A stretch of DNA of 64,000 nt from Ascoidea asiatica JCM 7603 (taxonomy: Eukaryota > Fungi > Ascomycota): contig BCKQ01000006.1 of the NCBI GenBank assembly GCA_001600695.1, forward strand, positions 136,315 to 200,314, given 5' to 3'. How positions within the stretch are numbered: position 1 is the stretch's first letter; every line of letters begins with the position of its first letter. Under the pieces are notes generated by a model, which did no database searches, was not told the DNA's origin, and saw only the letters and a program-made list of their open reading frames with translations. Made by a program: the position numbers and the translations under genes. Positions 20,401 through 30,465 of the stretch are shown here, piece after piece.

Positions 20401-22188
20401 TTAATTAAAGAAGAAAATTCTGACTCCACAATAAATAACACGCCTACTACAAGTAGTAACTTCAATAATTTTGCTAATTTCAATAGCAATAGTGTTAATA
20501 ATAATTTAACCCCAAATACCATAAGTAGCAGTAATATGAATAGCAATTTTAATCAAGAGGATATAATATTCGATTCAAGAAGAAATAATAATTGGATTGA
20601 TGAACCAAGAGGTATAAATATATTTTTTAATATTGATGTAGTTTTAGAAGATAATATTTGTGAAACATGGAATGAATTAGTTTCAATTTTTGAAGTCATG
20701 TCAAAGGAATCAGTAAGTGATAAAATCTGTGAAAGAGCTATATTTACAGTTGCTAATTGTGTAAGAGAAGAACAAGAAATTAAATTAAAACATGCACTAC
20801 TAAATATCAAAGGAACAGTTATTGGTGAAGAGGAAGAAGATCAAGATGAAGATGATGAAAATGATGAAGAAGATGGTGAAGATTATGAAGAAGAAGGCGA
20901 TGAGGAAGAAGAGGATGACGAAAGCAATAACGAAGGAGATGATATTTTAAATGCATTAAATGGTAACTTTAAGGGTAATTTCAATAGGCATTTCACTCAA
21001 GAGATTAATACATCGAATAATGGACATTTCAACAATAATATAAATAATAATGAAAAGAATAGTAGAAATACCAATACTGGTATTGAAAATAACAAAACCA
21101 ATAACAATAATGATAATGATGAAAATAAATCGGTCAATCATAATGATATTAATAATGATAATGATAATAGTAATAATACTAATGAAGATGATGATAAAAT
21201 TACTACTGAGAAAATATATGAATTATGGTCATATGAATGGATATTCGAGCCTATATTAAGATATAATTCTGAAGCAGCTTGTTGTATGATGGATGAGATG
21301 CTAATGGCAGAAGGTTATAGAAGACCTTTAATCTGGTTTTTAACACACTTAGAAATTTCCCAAACATTAGTTAATTATATTCATGAGTTAGTTATTGGAA
21401 TTAGAGGAAATTATAATAAAATAAATAAAGTTAAAAGAGAAGAAAATGAAAACGAATATGAGTTTGGAAATGGGATTGAGGATGAATTTGAATTTGATAA
21501 TGATTATGATTATGAAGATTATGAAAATGAGAATGAAACTGGTAAAAAGAAAAATAAAAATAAAAATAAAAGTAAAAACAAAAATAAGAATTTAAATTTT
21601 AGTTCTAATCAAAATAAAGATAAGAATAAGAATAAAGGCAATGGGAATAATTGGAAAAGAAAACAAAGTAATAGAAGAATACCTTTTTCTAGAGAAGGTA
21701 TTGTTGAATTAACAGAAATTGAAATTGAAATGTTATTACATGAATTTTTTTCTAATGCAGCAGTTTATTTAAATAGAGCCATTGAACAAGAATCTTTAGA
21801 TAATAACGATAATTTCAATGGAGCAGATAATTTCAATAAATTAAATTCAAATAATAATTTAAAAATAAATTCTAATAAAATTAATAGAAAAAATAATAGA
21901 TCAAATAGGTCATCAATCTCAGAAAGATCAATAGGCTCAAATACTTTCAATTTCAATTATAATTTTAATTCTAATTCAGAACATGGATTTCGAAATATTG
22001 CTACTATATCCGATTGTCGAAAATTAATGATTGTTATATGTTTGATGATAAAATCATTAATCAAAGAAAAAATCATAAATTTAAATGACTATAAAATTGA
22101 ATTAGAGATATTATTGATCGATTGGGTAGGTAGATTGCCAGAAGCTAGAGAATTATATTTCCCCATAAAAAATGGTAATTTGATCTGA
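17416..22188 (+). CDS. CAF130: Caf130-like CCR4-NOT-associated protein with a CNOT11-like C-terminal domain
   Basis: 1590 aa. C-terminal RKLMIVICLMIKSLIKEKIINLNDYKIELEILLIDWVGRLPEARELYF resembles the CNOT11/Caf130 C terminus. Conserved-looking block GSSAIRYILSSILN..PIARK..GAL. Long acidic, Asn-rich and His-rich inserts. Confidence 0.62.
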   Translation: MSILHNSSSKNNFNYNILMDQIPSKISNLNINTLNDKKVINNNNNKNIIDKKSLKLNNNIINNPTTNDNNNIISSSNKKKKKIDSSNSKFKNQFKNQLKDNSNDKLNKKSIKNNENFENFENIEKNQNYENNYDYEYDYEYEYDYTYDYDYEIDDNQQISNIINYQLKRHEILYKILKIDQINDNFLFPNELKQKKYQNQQKRQPKQSKEPKKTNESKESKELKDIKDKKHKKDKKEFINSKDLNESNDLKHLRDLKDLKLKDLKELEELKDSKDPIEYKDSKDPNLSKDSHEPKDSKEFEKDNKNNIKTDFHSRLTFKKFFSILISFSDRITQPMNDSLNYNLSLDLISNSFINLILLNYYNDKNGNQNINENDKILYKFDLAFNLAKIIEKIIIFLKCYNLDLIQSIDVFYEENLNININNKEDLSEFVMINNFDDQNLSKLISIYDLNLYNDWLPSKHLNSNDLQIIYSILSISIYSISKLFNFNQNENPFIFIFLKLWKMFSSVLYISLQIDRKNEILKKISIGTPNIIRIVTKGSSAIRYILSSILNDDFIKRIHEFNHLSLTVFFSPIARKNLSGALNLNNDQIIQNLINLGYDKLEITEFINDLEQNDEYDEDVKYMFDYEESELEELINEGYQSESDYEYDFNLNDPNHTIDPNLSHHHHNHNHKHNHHHHNHYHNMLKHNVNDSQCIFYNKTHNLDIVNNDENEKSLEINIKNSQDNTFHDETENDADNEEEEKGESDNETEENDKNVYIDHYFRSANVYTECNCEFEEDYYDEEEDEEDDDDDDEEEDEEEEEIDNDETDNNDDKVKKGKIIIMGKNEIQSKPEEEIESFESFIERLDVNRITSIYNRIKGINTDDITTNQEENEVKKQEDEDDDSEFAFDFEFPELTGKLKHSGNLFLKLIKELSKKQKKEQEKEKKLNEKNIQVINQNRDDNDNENENVKENSNKNISSNTNDNIIYEEFDRTITNINDNETSNIHIDNNCESLIKEENSDSTINNTPTTSSNFNNFANFNSNSVNNNLTPNTISSSNMNSNFNQEDIIFDSRRNNNWIDEPRGINIFFNIDVVLEDNICETWNELVSIFEVMSKESVSDKICERAIFTVANCVREEQEIKLKHALLNIKGTVIGEEEEDQDEDDENDEEDGEDYEEEGDEEEEDDESNNEGDDILNALNGNFKGNFNRHFTQEINTSNNGHFNNNINNNEKNSRNTNTGIENNKTNNNNDNDENKSVNHNDINNDNDNSNNTNEDDDKITTEKIYELWSYEWIFEPILRYNSEAACCMMDEMLMAEGYRRPLIWFLTHLEISQTLVNYIHELVIGIRGNYNKINKVKREENENEYEFGNGIEDEFEFDNDYDYEDYENENETGKKKNKNKNKSKNKNKNLNFSSNQNKDKNKNKGNGNNWKRKQSNRRIPFSREGIVELTEIEIEMLLHEFFSNAAVYLNRAIEQESLDNNDNFNGADNFNKLNSNNNLKINSNKINRKNNRSNRSSISERSIGSNTFNFNYNFNSNSEHGFRNIATISDCRKLMIVICLMIKSLIKEKIINLNDYKIELEILLIDWVGRLPEARELYFPIKNGNLI

Positions 22189-22404
22189 AGTTATGTAAAG
22201 AATTCCTTTTGTAAAACTAATCAGACTCTGGATAGAGATATGATTAGGAATATACTGAATATAATTGAATAATTGAATATAGTCTCAATATATCTTTATA
22301 TAGTTCAAAATAAAATATTTAGTTTAGTAATTTGTAAATAAATCAGAGACATTTCTATAGTATATGTGTCCCAAAGAAGAAATTAAAAATGTGGTTTTGA
22401 GACC

Positions 22405-22490
22405 AGGTTTTAGGGTTTTTTACCGGGTTTAAGTAAAATCCGGCCATAATCCGGTTGTATACCTCGGTTTAAATTTTTTGCCACGTGATG
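22405..22490. promoter_or_regulatory. CCR4 upstream element cluster: TTAGGG (Tbf1-like), CCGG motifs and CACGTGAT (Cbf1-like)
   Basis: TTAGGG at 22409-22414, several CCGG, CACGTG at 22482-22487. Confidence 0.4.
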
Positions 22491-23140
22491 CCGTTGCCGC
22501 TGAAAGGCAAGAGAAAAGAGACAGAAACAAAGCAGAAACAGAGCGATCAGCACGTTAAATACTGGCAGAAGCTGAGCGCTGAAATAAAGGTCTAAGGAAC
22601 GACCTGGATATTAAAGAACATAACGAATATAATGAATATAAAGAATACTAATAATATAAATAATATACATCATATAAATAATATATCAAATATAATCAAA
22701 CAACGCTATAACTCCCGAATACATCCTATAATCTTTATATATCCAAGCACTGAATATACTCGAATAGACTGAACTACTGCTTACTTTACTCGCCAGGTCA
22801 AGCACACACTTCCTTCTCACTATCTACAACTATAATACAATTTCTATATTCAAGATAAAAAAAAAAAGAGATCAATACCTTATTTAGATCATCAAAGGAA
22901 TTGGAAACATATAAGATTAAGAATAAGATTCATATATATATCAGCTTATATTTGTTTCTTATTTGAAGCTTTATTGGTATTTCCTTATTTATTAGTTCAC
23001 AGATCTATAATATTTACTCATTTTTATTCATAACTTACAAGTCACTATTAAATGATTACGACAATAAATTAACATATTTCAAAATAATAAATAAAATAAT
23101 AACTAATAAACCAATCAAATTCGAAGATTTTTATTGAAAA

Positions 23141-26100
23141 ATGAATCTCCAACCGAAGTATCAACAACAAATTCAATCCCAACAATCAAATCGATATATC
23201 TTTCAACAACAAATTCATACAACTACTCAATCTCAATCTCAATCTTTAACCACAAATGAACTTTTCATTCAACATCAAAGACAAGAACAACAACAAAGAC
23301 AAGATTTACAACAGTTACAACAAAGACAACAAGATCAAAATATCAATTTAAATAATATTAATAATTTATCAAATTTAAACAATATCAATTTAAATAATAT
23401 TGGTAATTTAAATAACTTAAATAATAATAACAATAATAATAATATCAATAATTTATCAAATTTGAATAATTTAAATAACTTAAATAATTTAAATAGTTTA
23501 CCAGGTTTAAATAATAATTTGAATAATTTAAATTTAAATAATTCGAATAATTTAAATAACTTAAACTTAAATAATTTAAATTTGAATATTGATCCTTCTT
23601 CAAATGCTTTAAATCAATCTATTCATTATCATCAACAACAGCAACAAAATATTCAACAACAATCTTCTCCAATCTTTCAAAATTCAATCAATCCTTTCCT
23701 TCAAAAATTACAACAATCCCAAGCTCAAGCTCACGCTCAAGCTCAAGCACAAGCACAAGCACAGGCCCAAGCACAGGCTCAAGCTCAAATACAAGCTCAA
23801 GCTCAAGCTCAGGTACAAGCTCAGCAGCAATTACAACAACAGCAACAGCAACAACAGCAACAACAACAACAAAATATTGATATATCCCCAGCTACTCAAG
23901 CTCAATTAAGAATCCAAAATCAAATCAACAACAATAATAATAATAACAACAATATAACTTCTTCAAATATTAACCCATTACCTATAGGCACTAATAATAA
24001 TATAATCTTCCAATCCCAATTATCTCCTCAATTATTTACTTTACCTGCTGCTAAAAAACAAATAATTATCCAATTAGATACACTTTACTCTCAAACTAAT
24101 TATTGGAAACAACAAAAGCAATTAATCAATGAATCAAGACAAAACTTAAAACCTCATATTTATGCAAAGCTGGATGCATTTAAAGGTGGACAATTTGATT
24201 CAATTAAAAATATAAATAATATTAGTAATAACAACAAAAGTGCAAAAGATAATACCATTAACAATAAAATTGATAACAATGATACTAAAGAAAGTATTAT
24301 TACATCTCCCAATAATAACAATAATAGTAGTAGCAGTAATAATAACGCTAATGGAAATAATAATAATAATAATAACATAGATGGAAGTCCTATAAACAGA
24401 GCTTTGGCTAATTCTAATTACTGCTCTTTAGTTGAATTAACAAAAGATGCTTTAGATAAACAAGCAGAACTGGACTACTCTAATGCTAAGAAACAAAATA
24501 ATAATATTAACGGTTCTGGTAATAACAATAATGGTACTGTTAGTTCAACCGTTTTAATTCCACCAAATAGTAATGCAATGTTTAAGAAAAAATCTCATAA
24601 TTTAGATGATGAAGAAATTTTAAAAAAACAAAGAATGAAAGGCCCCGCAACTAATAGAATTCATGTTAATCCAAATCAATTATGGGCTTCTTTAGATTTA
24701 AGTGGTCAAGGTACAATTAATATTTCAAGAGATTTGTTTAAAAATTATAATTTTTTAACTAAATTATTTTTAAATAATAATCATTTAAAAGCTTTACCAA
24801 AAGAAATTTCAAATTTAAAAAATTTAAGAGTTTTAGATTTATCAAATAATACTTTAAGTGATTTACCAAAAGAATTAGGTTTATTATTTAATTTAAAATT
24901 TTTATTTTTATTTGATAATAATTTAACTAATTTACCTTATGAATTTGGTAATTTATTTGAATTAGAATTCTTAGGTATTGAAGGTAATCCAATGGATATA
25001 AATTTATGTAAAATTCTAGCAGAAAAGGGTACAAAGGGTTTAATTTCATATTTAAGAGATAATAAACTAACTTTAAATCCACCAAAACCAAGAAAATGGA
25101 TTGAATTATCTGATGATGGAGAAATTTTAGAAGAAAAAGAATTTGAAAATGATGAATCCAAAATCTCAAAATTAAATCCAGATTTAGATCCAATCTCAGA
25201 ATTAGATAATAATTATGAAAAGGAATTTTTTTCAGTTACAAGTTATAATACTTTATGTCAACATTATGCAACACCAATGATGTATGGATATACTCCATCA
25301 TGGGCTTTAGATTGGAAATATAGATTGGATCATATGGAAAAAGAAATTTCAAAATTTGATTCAGATATATTTTGTTTACAAGAACTTGAAAACAGAACAT
25401 ATGAAGAATTTTGGGTACCATTAATGGAGAAAAAAGGTTATAAAAGTTTATTTTGTTGTAAAACAAGATACAAAACAATGTCAAATATTTCTGCAAAAAA
25501 AGTTGATGGATGTGCAATTTTTTATAAAACAAGTAAATTTCAATTACTTGATAAAGTTAGTATAGAATACAACGCTTCACTTATGACACATAATAATTTT
25601 CAAAAAACAGAAGATGTATTTAATAGATTTATGAATAAAGATAATGTTGCTTTAGCAGCATATTTTTTACATCTTCATACAGGAAATAGAGTTATTGTAT
25701 CTAATACTCATTTACATTGGGATCCAAGTTTTAATGATGTTAAAGCAATGCAAGTTGCAGTATTATTAGAAGAATTAGAAGGATTAGTGCGAAAATATAA
25801 TAATAATAAATCTTCAAAAGACTCAATGAATTCAATTCCAATAATTATTTGTGGAGATTTTAATTCAAAAGTTGATAGTGCAGTTTATCAATTATTAAGT
25901 CAAGGTAGAGTGGTTAATCATGATGATTTAGAAGGTAGAGATTATGGTAGATTGACAAATGATGGATTCACACAACCATTTTCATTAAGATCAACATATG
26001 ATAATATTGGAGAGTTACCTTTTACAAATTGTACACCAAATTTTATGGATGTAATTGATTATATATGGTACTCAACACCTACATTAAATGTTAAAGGGTT

Positions 26101-26272
26101 ATTAGGTAAACTTGATGAAGAATATATTGAAAAAGTAGTTGGATTTCCAAATGCAGATTTCCCTTCAGATCATATACCATTAGTTACAAAATTTGGATTT
26201 AAAAAAAATAAGAATTCTATGATAAATTCTAATATTAATAATAATGGATTAAATAAATCAAGAAAAACATAA
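23141..26272 (+). CDS. CCR4: CCR4-NOT deadenylase Ccr4 (LRR + EEP nuclease)
   Basis: Q/N-rich N terminus; LRRs starting WASLDLSGQG; SYNTLCQHYATP, CLQE, NTHLHWDP, CGDFNS, IDYIWYS and PSDHIPL catalytic motifs. Confidence 0.97.
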   Translation: MNLQPKYQQQIQSQQSNRYIFQQQIHTTTQSQSQSLTTNELFIQHQRQEQQQRQDLQQLQQRQQDQNINLNNINNLSNLNNINLNNIGNLNNLNNNNNNNNINNLSNLNNLNNLNNLNSLPGLNNNLNNLNLNNSNNLNNLNLNNLNLNIDPSSNALNQSIHYHQQQQQNIQQQSSPIFQNSINPFLQKLQQSQAQAHAQAQAQAQAQAQAQAQAQIQAQAQAQVQAQQQLQQQQQQQQQQQQQNIDISPATQAQLRIQNQINNNNNNNNNITSSNINPLPIGTNNNIIFQSQLSPQLFTLPAAKKQIIIQLDTLYSQTNYWKQQKQLINESRQNLKPHIYAKLDAFKGGQFDSIKNINNISNNNKSAKDNTINNKIDNNDTKESIITSPNNNNNSSSSNNNANGNNNNNNNIDGSPINRALANSNYCSLVELTKDALDKQAELDYSNAKKQNNNINGSGNNNNGTVSSTVLIPPNSNAMFKKKSHNLDDEEILKKQRMKGPATNRIHVNPNQLWASLDLSGQGTINISRDLFKNYNFLTKLFLNNNHLKALPKEISNLKNLRVLDLSNNTLSDLPKELGLLFNLKFLFLFDNNLTNLPYEFGNLFELEFLGIEGNPMDINLCKILAEKGTKGLISYLRDNKLTLNPPKPRKWIELSDDGEILEEKEFENDESKISKLNPDLDPISELDNNYEKEFFSVTSYNTLCQHYATPMMYGYTPSWALDWKYRLDHMEKEISKFDSDIFCLQELENRTYEEFWVPLMEKKGYKSLFCCKTRYKTMSNISAKKVDGCAIFYKTSKFQLLDKVSIEYNASLMTHNNFQKTEDVFNRFMNKDNVALAAYFLHLHTGNRVIVSNTHLHWDPSFNDVKAMQVAVLLEELEGLVRKYNNNKSSKDSMNSIPIIICGDFNSKVDSAVYQLLSQGRVVNHDDLEGRDYGRLTNDGFTQPFSLRSTYDNIGELPFTNCTPNFMDVIDYIWYSTPTLNVKGLLGKLDEEYIEKVVGFPNADFPSDHIPLVTKFGFKKNKNSMINSNINNNGLNKSRKT

Positions 26273-27416
26273 ATTTCAAATAAAATTGGTTTAATTAAAT
26301 AAGTAAGTAAATAAAATTTTTGTTGTTTTTCATTTTAATTTCTTTTATATGTATCCTTATAGTATTTTGTTGTTGTTTTACTGAGTTCTGCTGTTTATTG
26401 TAATTTTGAGAATTAATTATTTATACTTCTTTTATTATTTATTTATTTATTTAATGAAATATATGATTAATTAATTGATTAGTTAATTGATTTATTGCTT
26501 TCTTTGATAAGCTTTTTCAATTTATTTTTCTTTTTGTTTAATTTTAGTTTATTTCTAGTTAATTTTTTTTGTTCAATTTTTATTTAATTTTTTGTTATTC
26601 TTATTCAAATTTTTTGATTCTAATTTTTTTTTATATTCAAAGTTCTTCTTTATCTTTAGCATTTTTTTGCCTTTCATTTTATTCAATATTTATAAATACT
26701 CTTTTATAATAAAGAGCTAAAATTTAAAACTTATTCTGAAATTTGTAGGACCAAATCTAAAGAGTTTTCGTCAAATTCAACTAAAAAAAAAGATTTGATA
26801 AAGATATTTCAAAATAAAAATAGATAAAATCTACTAATTAGCTTTTTTCTTTCAACAAATCGTCTAATTGAATTAATTAAATAAATTCACTCAGTCAGAA
26901 GCCTTTATCGTCAAGAGCATCAAAAACTTCTTTTTTTCCTTTGATATTCATTTTTTTTTCTTTTCTTTTGGGGGTCTAGAATACCATATTCATTATCAAC
27001 TATCAATTCTAAAGATTCTGTTCAATTATAAATCAAGATTAATTTCTCTTTTTAAAGAGCTGAGGCTTTTAAAGAATGTATCGAATTTAAGATTCTCCAA
27101 AAGGTTAACTTAAGTTAAATTTAGAGATTTCAAAACCCGTTTAAAAGTTGCAAATCTCTGCCAAACATCTACTGTAAATCTGATTTGAGAATACTTTTTT
27201 TTTGCCCTTTCTTGGTATTTGCATTCGGTGAATCAAATCTCAAAGTGATAAAAAGTTGAAAACTTTGCTGGTTTTGTCGGTTTTTAATCACAGATTCAAA
27301 AACATTTCAAAAAAGATGTTTTTTAATGAAAAAAAAACATTCAATAAAAAAAGAATTTCAAAATTACACTGAAAGCAGAACTATGCAAAGTGATACCTAA
27401 ATATGTATTTGAAATC

Positions 27417-27460
27417 CCGTAATTACGGAAACGGCAAATGATCTGGTCGGATACTTCCGG
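27417..27460. promoter_or_regulatory. Cluster of CGG-triplet (Zn2Cys6-type) sites upstream of the repeat precursor gene
   Basis: Perfect palindrome CCGTAATTACGG at 27417-27428, CGG-N3-CGG at 27426-27434 and CGG-N6-CCG at 27448-27459, in otherwise CG-poor DNA. Confidence 0.4.
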
Positions 27461-28625
27461 AACTCGTTCATTTCCAAACTTTGTTTGCTTTGGCGCTTTG
27501 GCGCTTTGTGAAGAAATTGACGTGTTTTGACTTTTTGATGAATTTATCTTAAATAAAAAAATTTAACGAAATCAAATGAAGAATTCAGTTGAAGAAATTG
27601 AATAAAAAATTCAATTAAAAAAATAAAAGAAGGATATTAGAAGAGTAATTTCTAAGCATGAGCTTATTGATGGCTAGTTCAAAATGTGAAGTACAATTAT
27701 TACCAACTGTAAATTTTTAAAATCTGAAAGTGAGTGAGTACTTCTCTGTTTTGGACTATTTTTAAAATAGTCAAAGCATTGAAAATCATCCCAAACAGAA
27801 ACGTTGTTACTTTCAACAATTAATAAAAGAACCAGTAGTCTAAAGTAGTCGCCTTTATTTTGGTGTTGATAATTTTACAATTGATTAATGAAACTGTTTG
27901 GCAATTTTTCAAATCTGATTCAACGAAACTTACGCCATTTTACGATATTCAATTATTATTAAAATATTATTCAATTATTTAATCCAATCTTTCTTATTAT
28001 TCAGGTTTCATTAACAACATAATTATGAAAAAAAGTTAAGTTGTTGAGTACTTTGTTGTATTTTATGAATGAATTTAACTTGGCATTATTCATTAATTAA
28101 AAAATTGCTTAAATTGTTGTTACTGGAGTATTCTCATATTGATTTTAAATCCCATTTGGAATTAAATTCTTTTTTCTAAAGTTTCAAATAATATCAATAT
28201 CATCTAGTACTGGTACTGGAAATTGTAAATCAATATTAGGTTAAAGGATAATTTTTAATACTTACTACCGATAATATTAAATTTATGCTAATTTATTATC
28301 GACTTTTTTCTTGCTTAGAAATATTACTTAAAATTTGAAAATTCTGAGATCAGTATAAAAATGTTCTCTTTTCTTCCAAATTTTGAATCAATTAATTTTA
28401 ATTCTTTTTCTTTTAATTACCTATATTTTATTAATTAATTAATTATATCTATTACTTAATTATCTTTAGCTTTATTCTGTTATATTATACTTTTATAACT
28501 ACTCAAATATTTATATTTATTATCAAAAATAACTATAATATTTACTATACTAGTCGTTCCTTACACACTTCAGTTTCTCTTTTTCAATTATCTTTTATTT
28601 AAATAATTTTCAAACAAATTTAAAA

Positions 28626-29954
28626 ATGTTCTCAAAATCAATTTTATGTGCTTTAGCTTATGCTTTACTTGCAACAAATGCTGCTTATTTCTCAAGTGGT
28701 GACTATGCTTCAATAACTGAAGTTAAACCAACAAAAAGTTTCGGTGGTTCTGAAATGGGCTCCGGTGTTCCTCAACAAAATTCAAAAATGGGCTCCATTG
28801 GTGGTAACTTCAATCAAAATCATTCTGGCTCATTCATGGCAATTCCAAGTGATTCATTTGGTGGTGATTTTGCCCCTGCTGCTGTTGAAAGTGGTTCTTT
28901 TGCCGCCATGCCTTCTGGTTCTAGTTCTAATTTTGGTTCAGGATCTGGATCTGGTTTTGGCTTTGGTTCAGGATCTGGTTCTTTTGGTGGTAAAAACCAA
29001 GGTGGTAAAATGAACTCTGCAATGGGTGGTGCTTTCTCTCAAGGTGGTATGGCTACTCAATCATTTACAATGGCAACTGCTTCTTTTGAACCACAAGTAT
29101 CAGGTGGATTAAGAAAACGTGCTTTTGAAAGTGGCTCCTTTGGTGGTGCTATGCCTTCTGGAATGGCTCAAAAATCTGGTTCTTTTGGTAATGCAATGGA
29201 ATCTGGAATGCCCCAACAATCAGGCTCTTTCGGTGGTCAACAACAAGGTGGAAATTTCGCTGCAGCTGCCTTTGAAAGTGGTTCAATGGGTGGTTCAATT
29301 CCATCAGGAATGCCTCAACAATCTGGTTCTTTTGGTGGAAAAATGGGTGGATCTCATCATAGTTTTTCATTCGGTGATGCAATGCCTTCAGGTATGCCAA
29401 ATCATTCAGGTTCTGGTGAACATTCTTTCGGTGGTGAAATGAAATCTGGTTCTTTTGGTGGTGCAATGCCAACTGGTTCTTTTGCTGCTCAACCTTCTGG
29501 TGGATTAAAAAAACGTGCTTTTGAAAGTGGTTCGTTTGGTGGTGCTAAACCATCAGGTATGCCTGAACCTTCTGGTGCTTTTGGCGGAGCTATGCCATTA
29601 GGTATGAAAATGCATTCTGGTTTTGGCGGTGCTATGCCTTCTGGTATGCCTCAACACTCTGGTTCTTTTGGTGGTGCAAAACCAAGTGGTGAATTCTCAA
29701 AAGGTGCTATGCCAACTGGTTCTTTTGCTGCTCAACCTTCTGGTGGTTTAAAGAAACGTGCTTTTGAAATGTCTGGTTCTTTTACTGTTGTTCCAACTGC
29801 TTCTTTTGGTTCTCCATTGATGGGTGCAAAACAAAGTGGTTCTCCAAATGGCCACCAACATAAAAATGGAAATCATTCTAAACAAATGAAATCCGAAGCA
29901 ACTCCATCTTTTACTGCTCCTTCGGGAATGGCTTCTGGAAATTATTTATTTTAG
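28626..29954 (+). CDS. Secreted Kex2-processed repeat protein (KEP-like precursor), G/S/F/M-rich
   Basis: Signal-peptide-like MFSKSILCALAYALLATNA; three GGL(R/K)KR|AFE sites (Arg at residues 165, 297, 378); recurrent SGSFGG and GAMPSG units; no TM segment or GPI tail. Confidence 0.8.
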   Translation: MFSKSILCALAYALLATNAAYFSSGDYASITEVKPTKSFGGSEMGSGVPQQNSKMGSIGGNFNQNHSGSFMAIPSDSFGGDFAPAAVESGSFAAMPSGSSSNFGSGSGSGFGFGSGSGSFGGKNQGGKMNSAMGGAFSQGGMATQSFTMATASFEPQVSGGLRKRAFESGSFGGAMPSGMAQKSGSFGNAMESGMPQQSGSFGGQQQGGNFAAAAFESGSMGGSIPSGMPQQSGSFGGKMGGSHHSFSFGDAMPSGMPNHSGSGEHSFGGEMKSGSFGGAMPTGSFAAQPSGGLKKRAFESGSFGGAKPSGMPEPSGAFGGAMPLGMKMHSGFGGAMPSGMPQHSGSFGGAKPSGEFSKGAMPTGSFAAQPSGGLKKRAFEMSGSFTVVPTASFGSPLMGAKQSGSPNGHQHKNGNHSKQMKSEATPSFTAPSGMASGNYLF

Positions 29955-30465
29955 ATAAGTTTATAATCATGCCTCTTTGAGGTTTTAATTTCGTTATTTT
30001 AATAAAATTAAGATTTTATTAAACAATTGTTCAATATTGATATTCGTTGTAGTCCATCAATTTCAAGTTTCTTTAATTGCTTTTTTTGGTTCGTTTAAAA
30101 AAATCAGATTTATCGTTTCTGGTTTTGAAAAATGTTTATTCACTTTGAAAAGTAGAGATTCGAAAGAATATGCGAAGATTTAAATGGATTAGTATACCAG
30201 TTAAGATTCAAAGAAAGTAAACTCATCATTTTGATAAACTTTTTGATTATTTCAAAAATATTTTTACTGATAGTGTCAAATACTTCTATTGATTTTTTAA
30301 TTGCTTTTCATATGTTGATTTTTGAAGCTGACCGCTTGAGCTAGATCGCGATGCCATACAAAAGATAAAAAAATGTTTCTAATTCAAAAACTTTTTTTTT
30401 TGGAATATTTTATGAGGAAAGAAATTCGTCTAAGAATAATCAAAGATTAAAAGCTATTTATCTCA

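Noticed and set aside
17475-21956. Numerous short antisense and alternate-frame ORFs inside long genes (also within DOT1, MEC1, CCR4 and the FAS1 gene)
   Set aside because: Shadow ORFs from low-complexity AAT/GAT/GAA codon runs; no recognisable motifs.
28356-28436. Short ORF starting TAAAAATGTTCTC, the same 13-mer as the KEP gene start
   Set aside because: It directly abuts the probable TATA box, so is likely upstream of the TSS; a 13-nt AT-rich match is weak.
28626-29954. FG-nucleoporin or PIR wall-protein interpretation of the GSFGG repeats
   Set aside because: Signal-peptide-like N terminus and repeated KR sites argue against a nucleoporin; no QIGDGQ repeats or four-Cys domain of PIR proteins.
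13387-29954. RiPP-type cluster linking the 2OG oxygenase or GNAT-like gene to the KEP precursor
   Set aside because: They are 12-14 kb away, separated by housekeeping genes, and appear cytosolic; no DUF3328/UstYa-like gene seen nearby.
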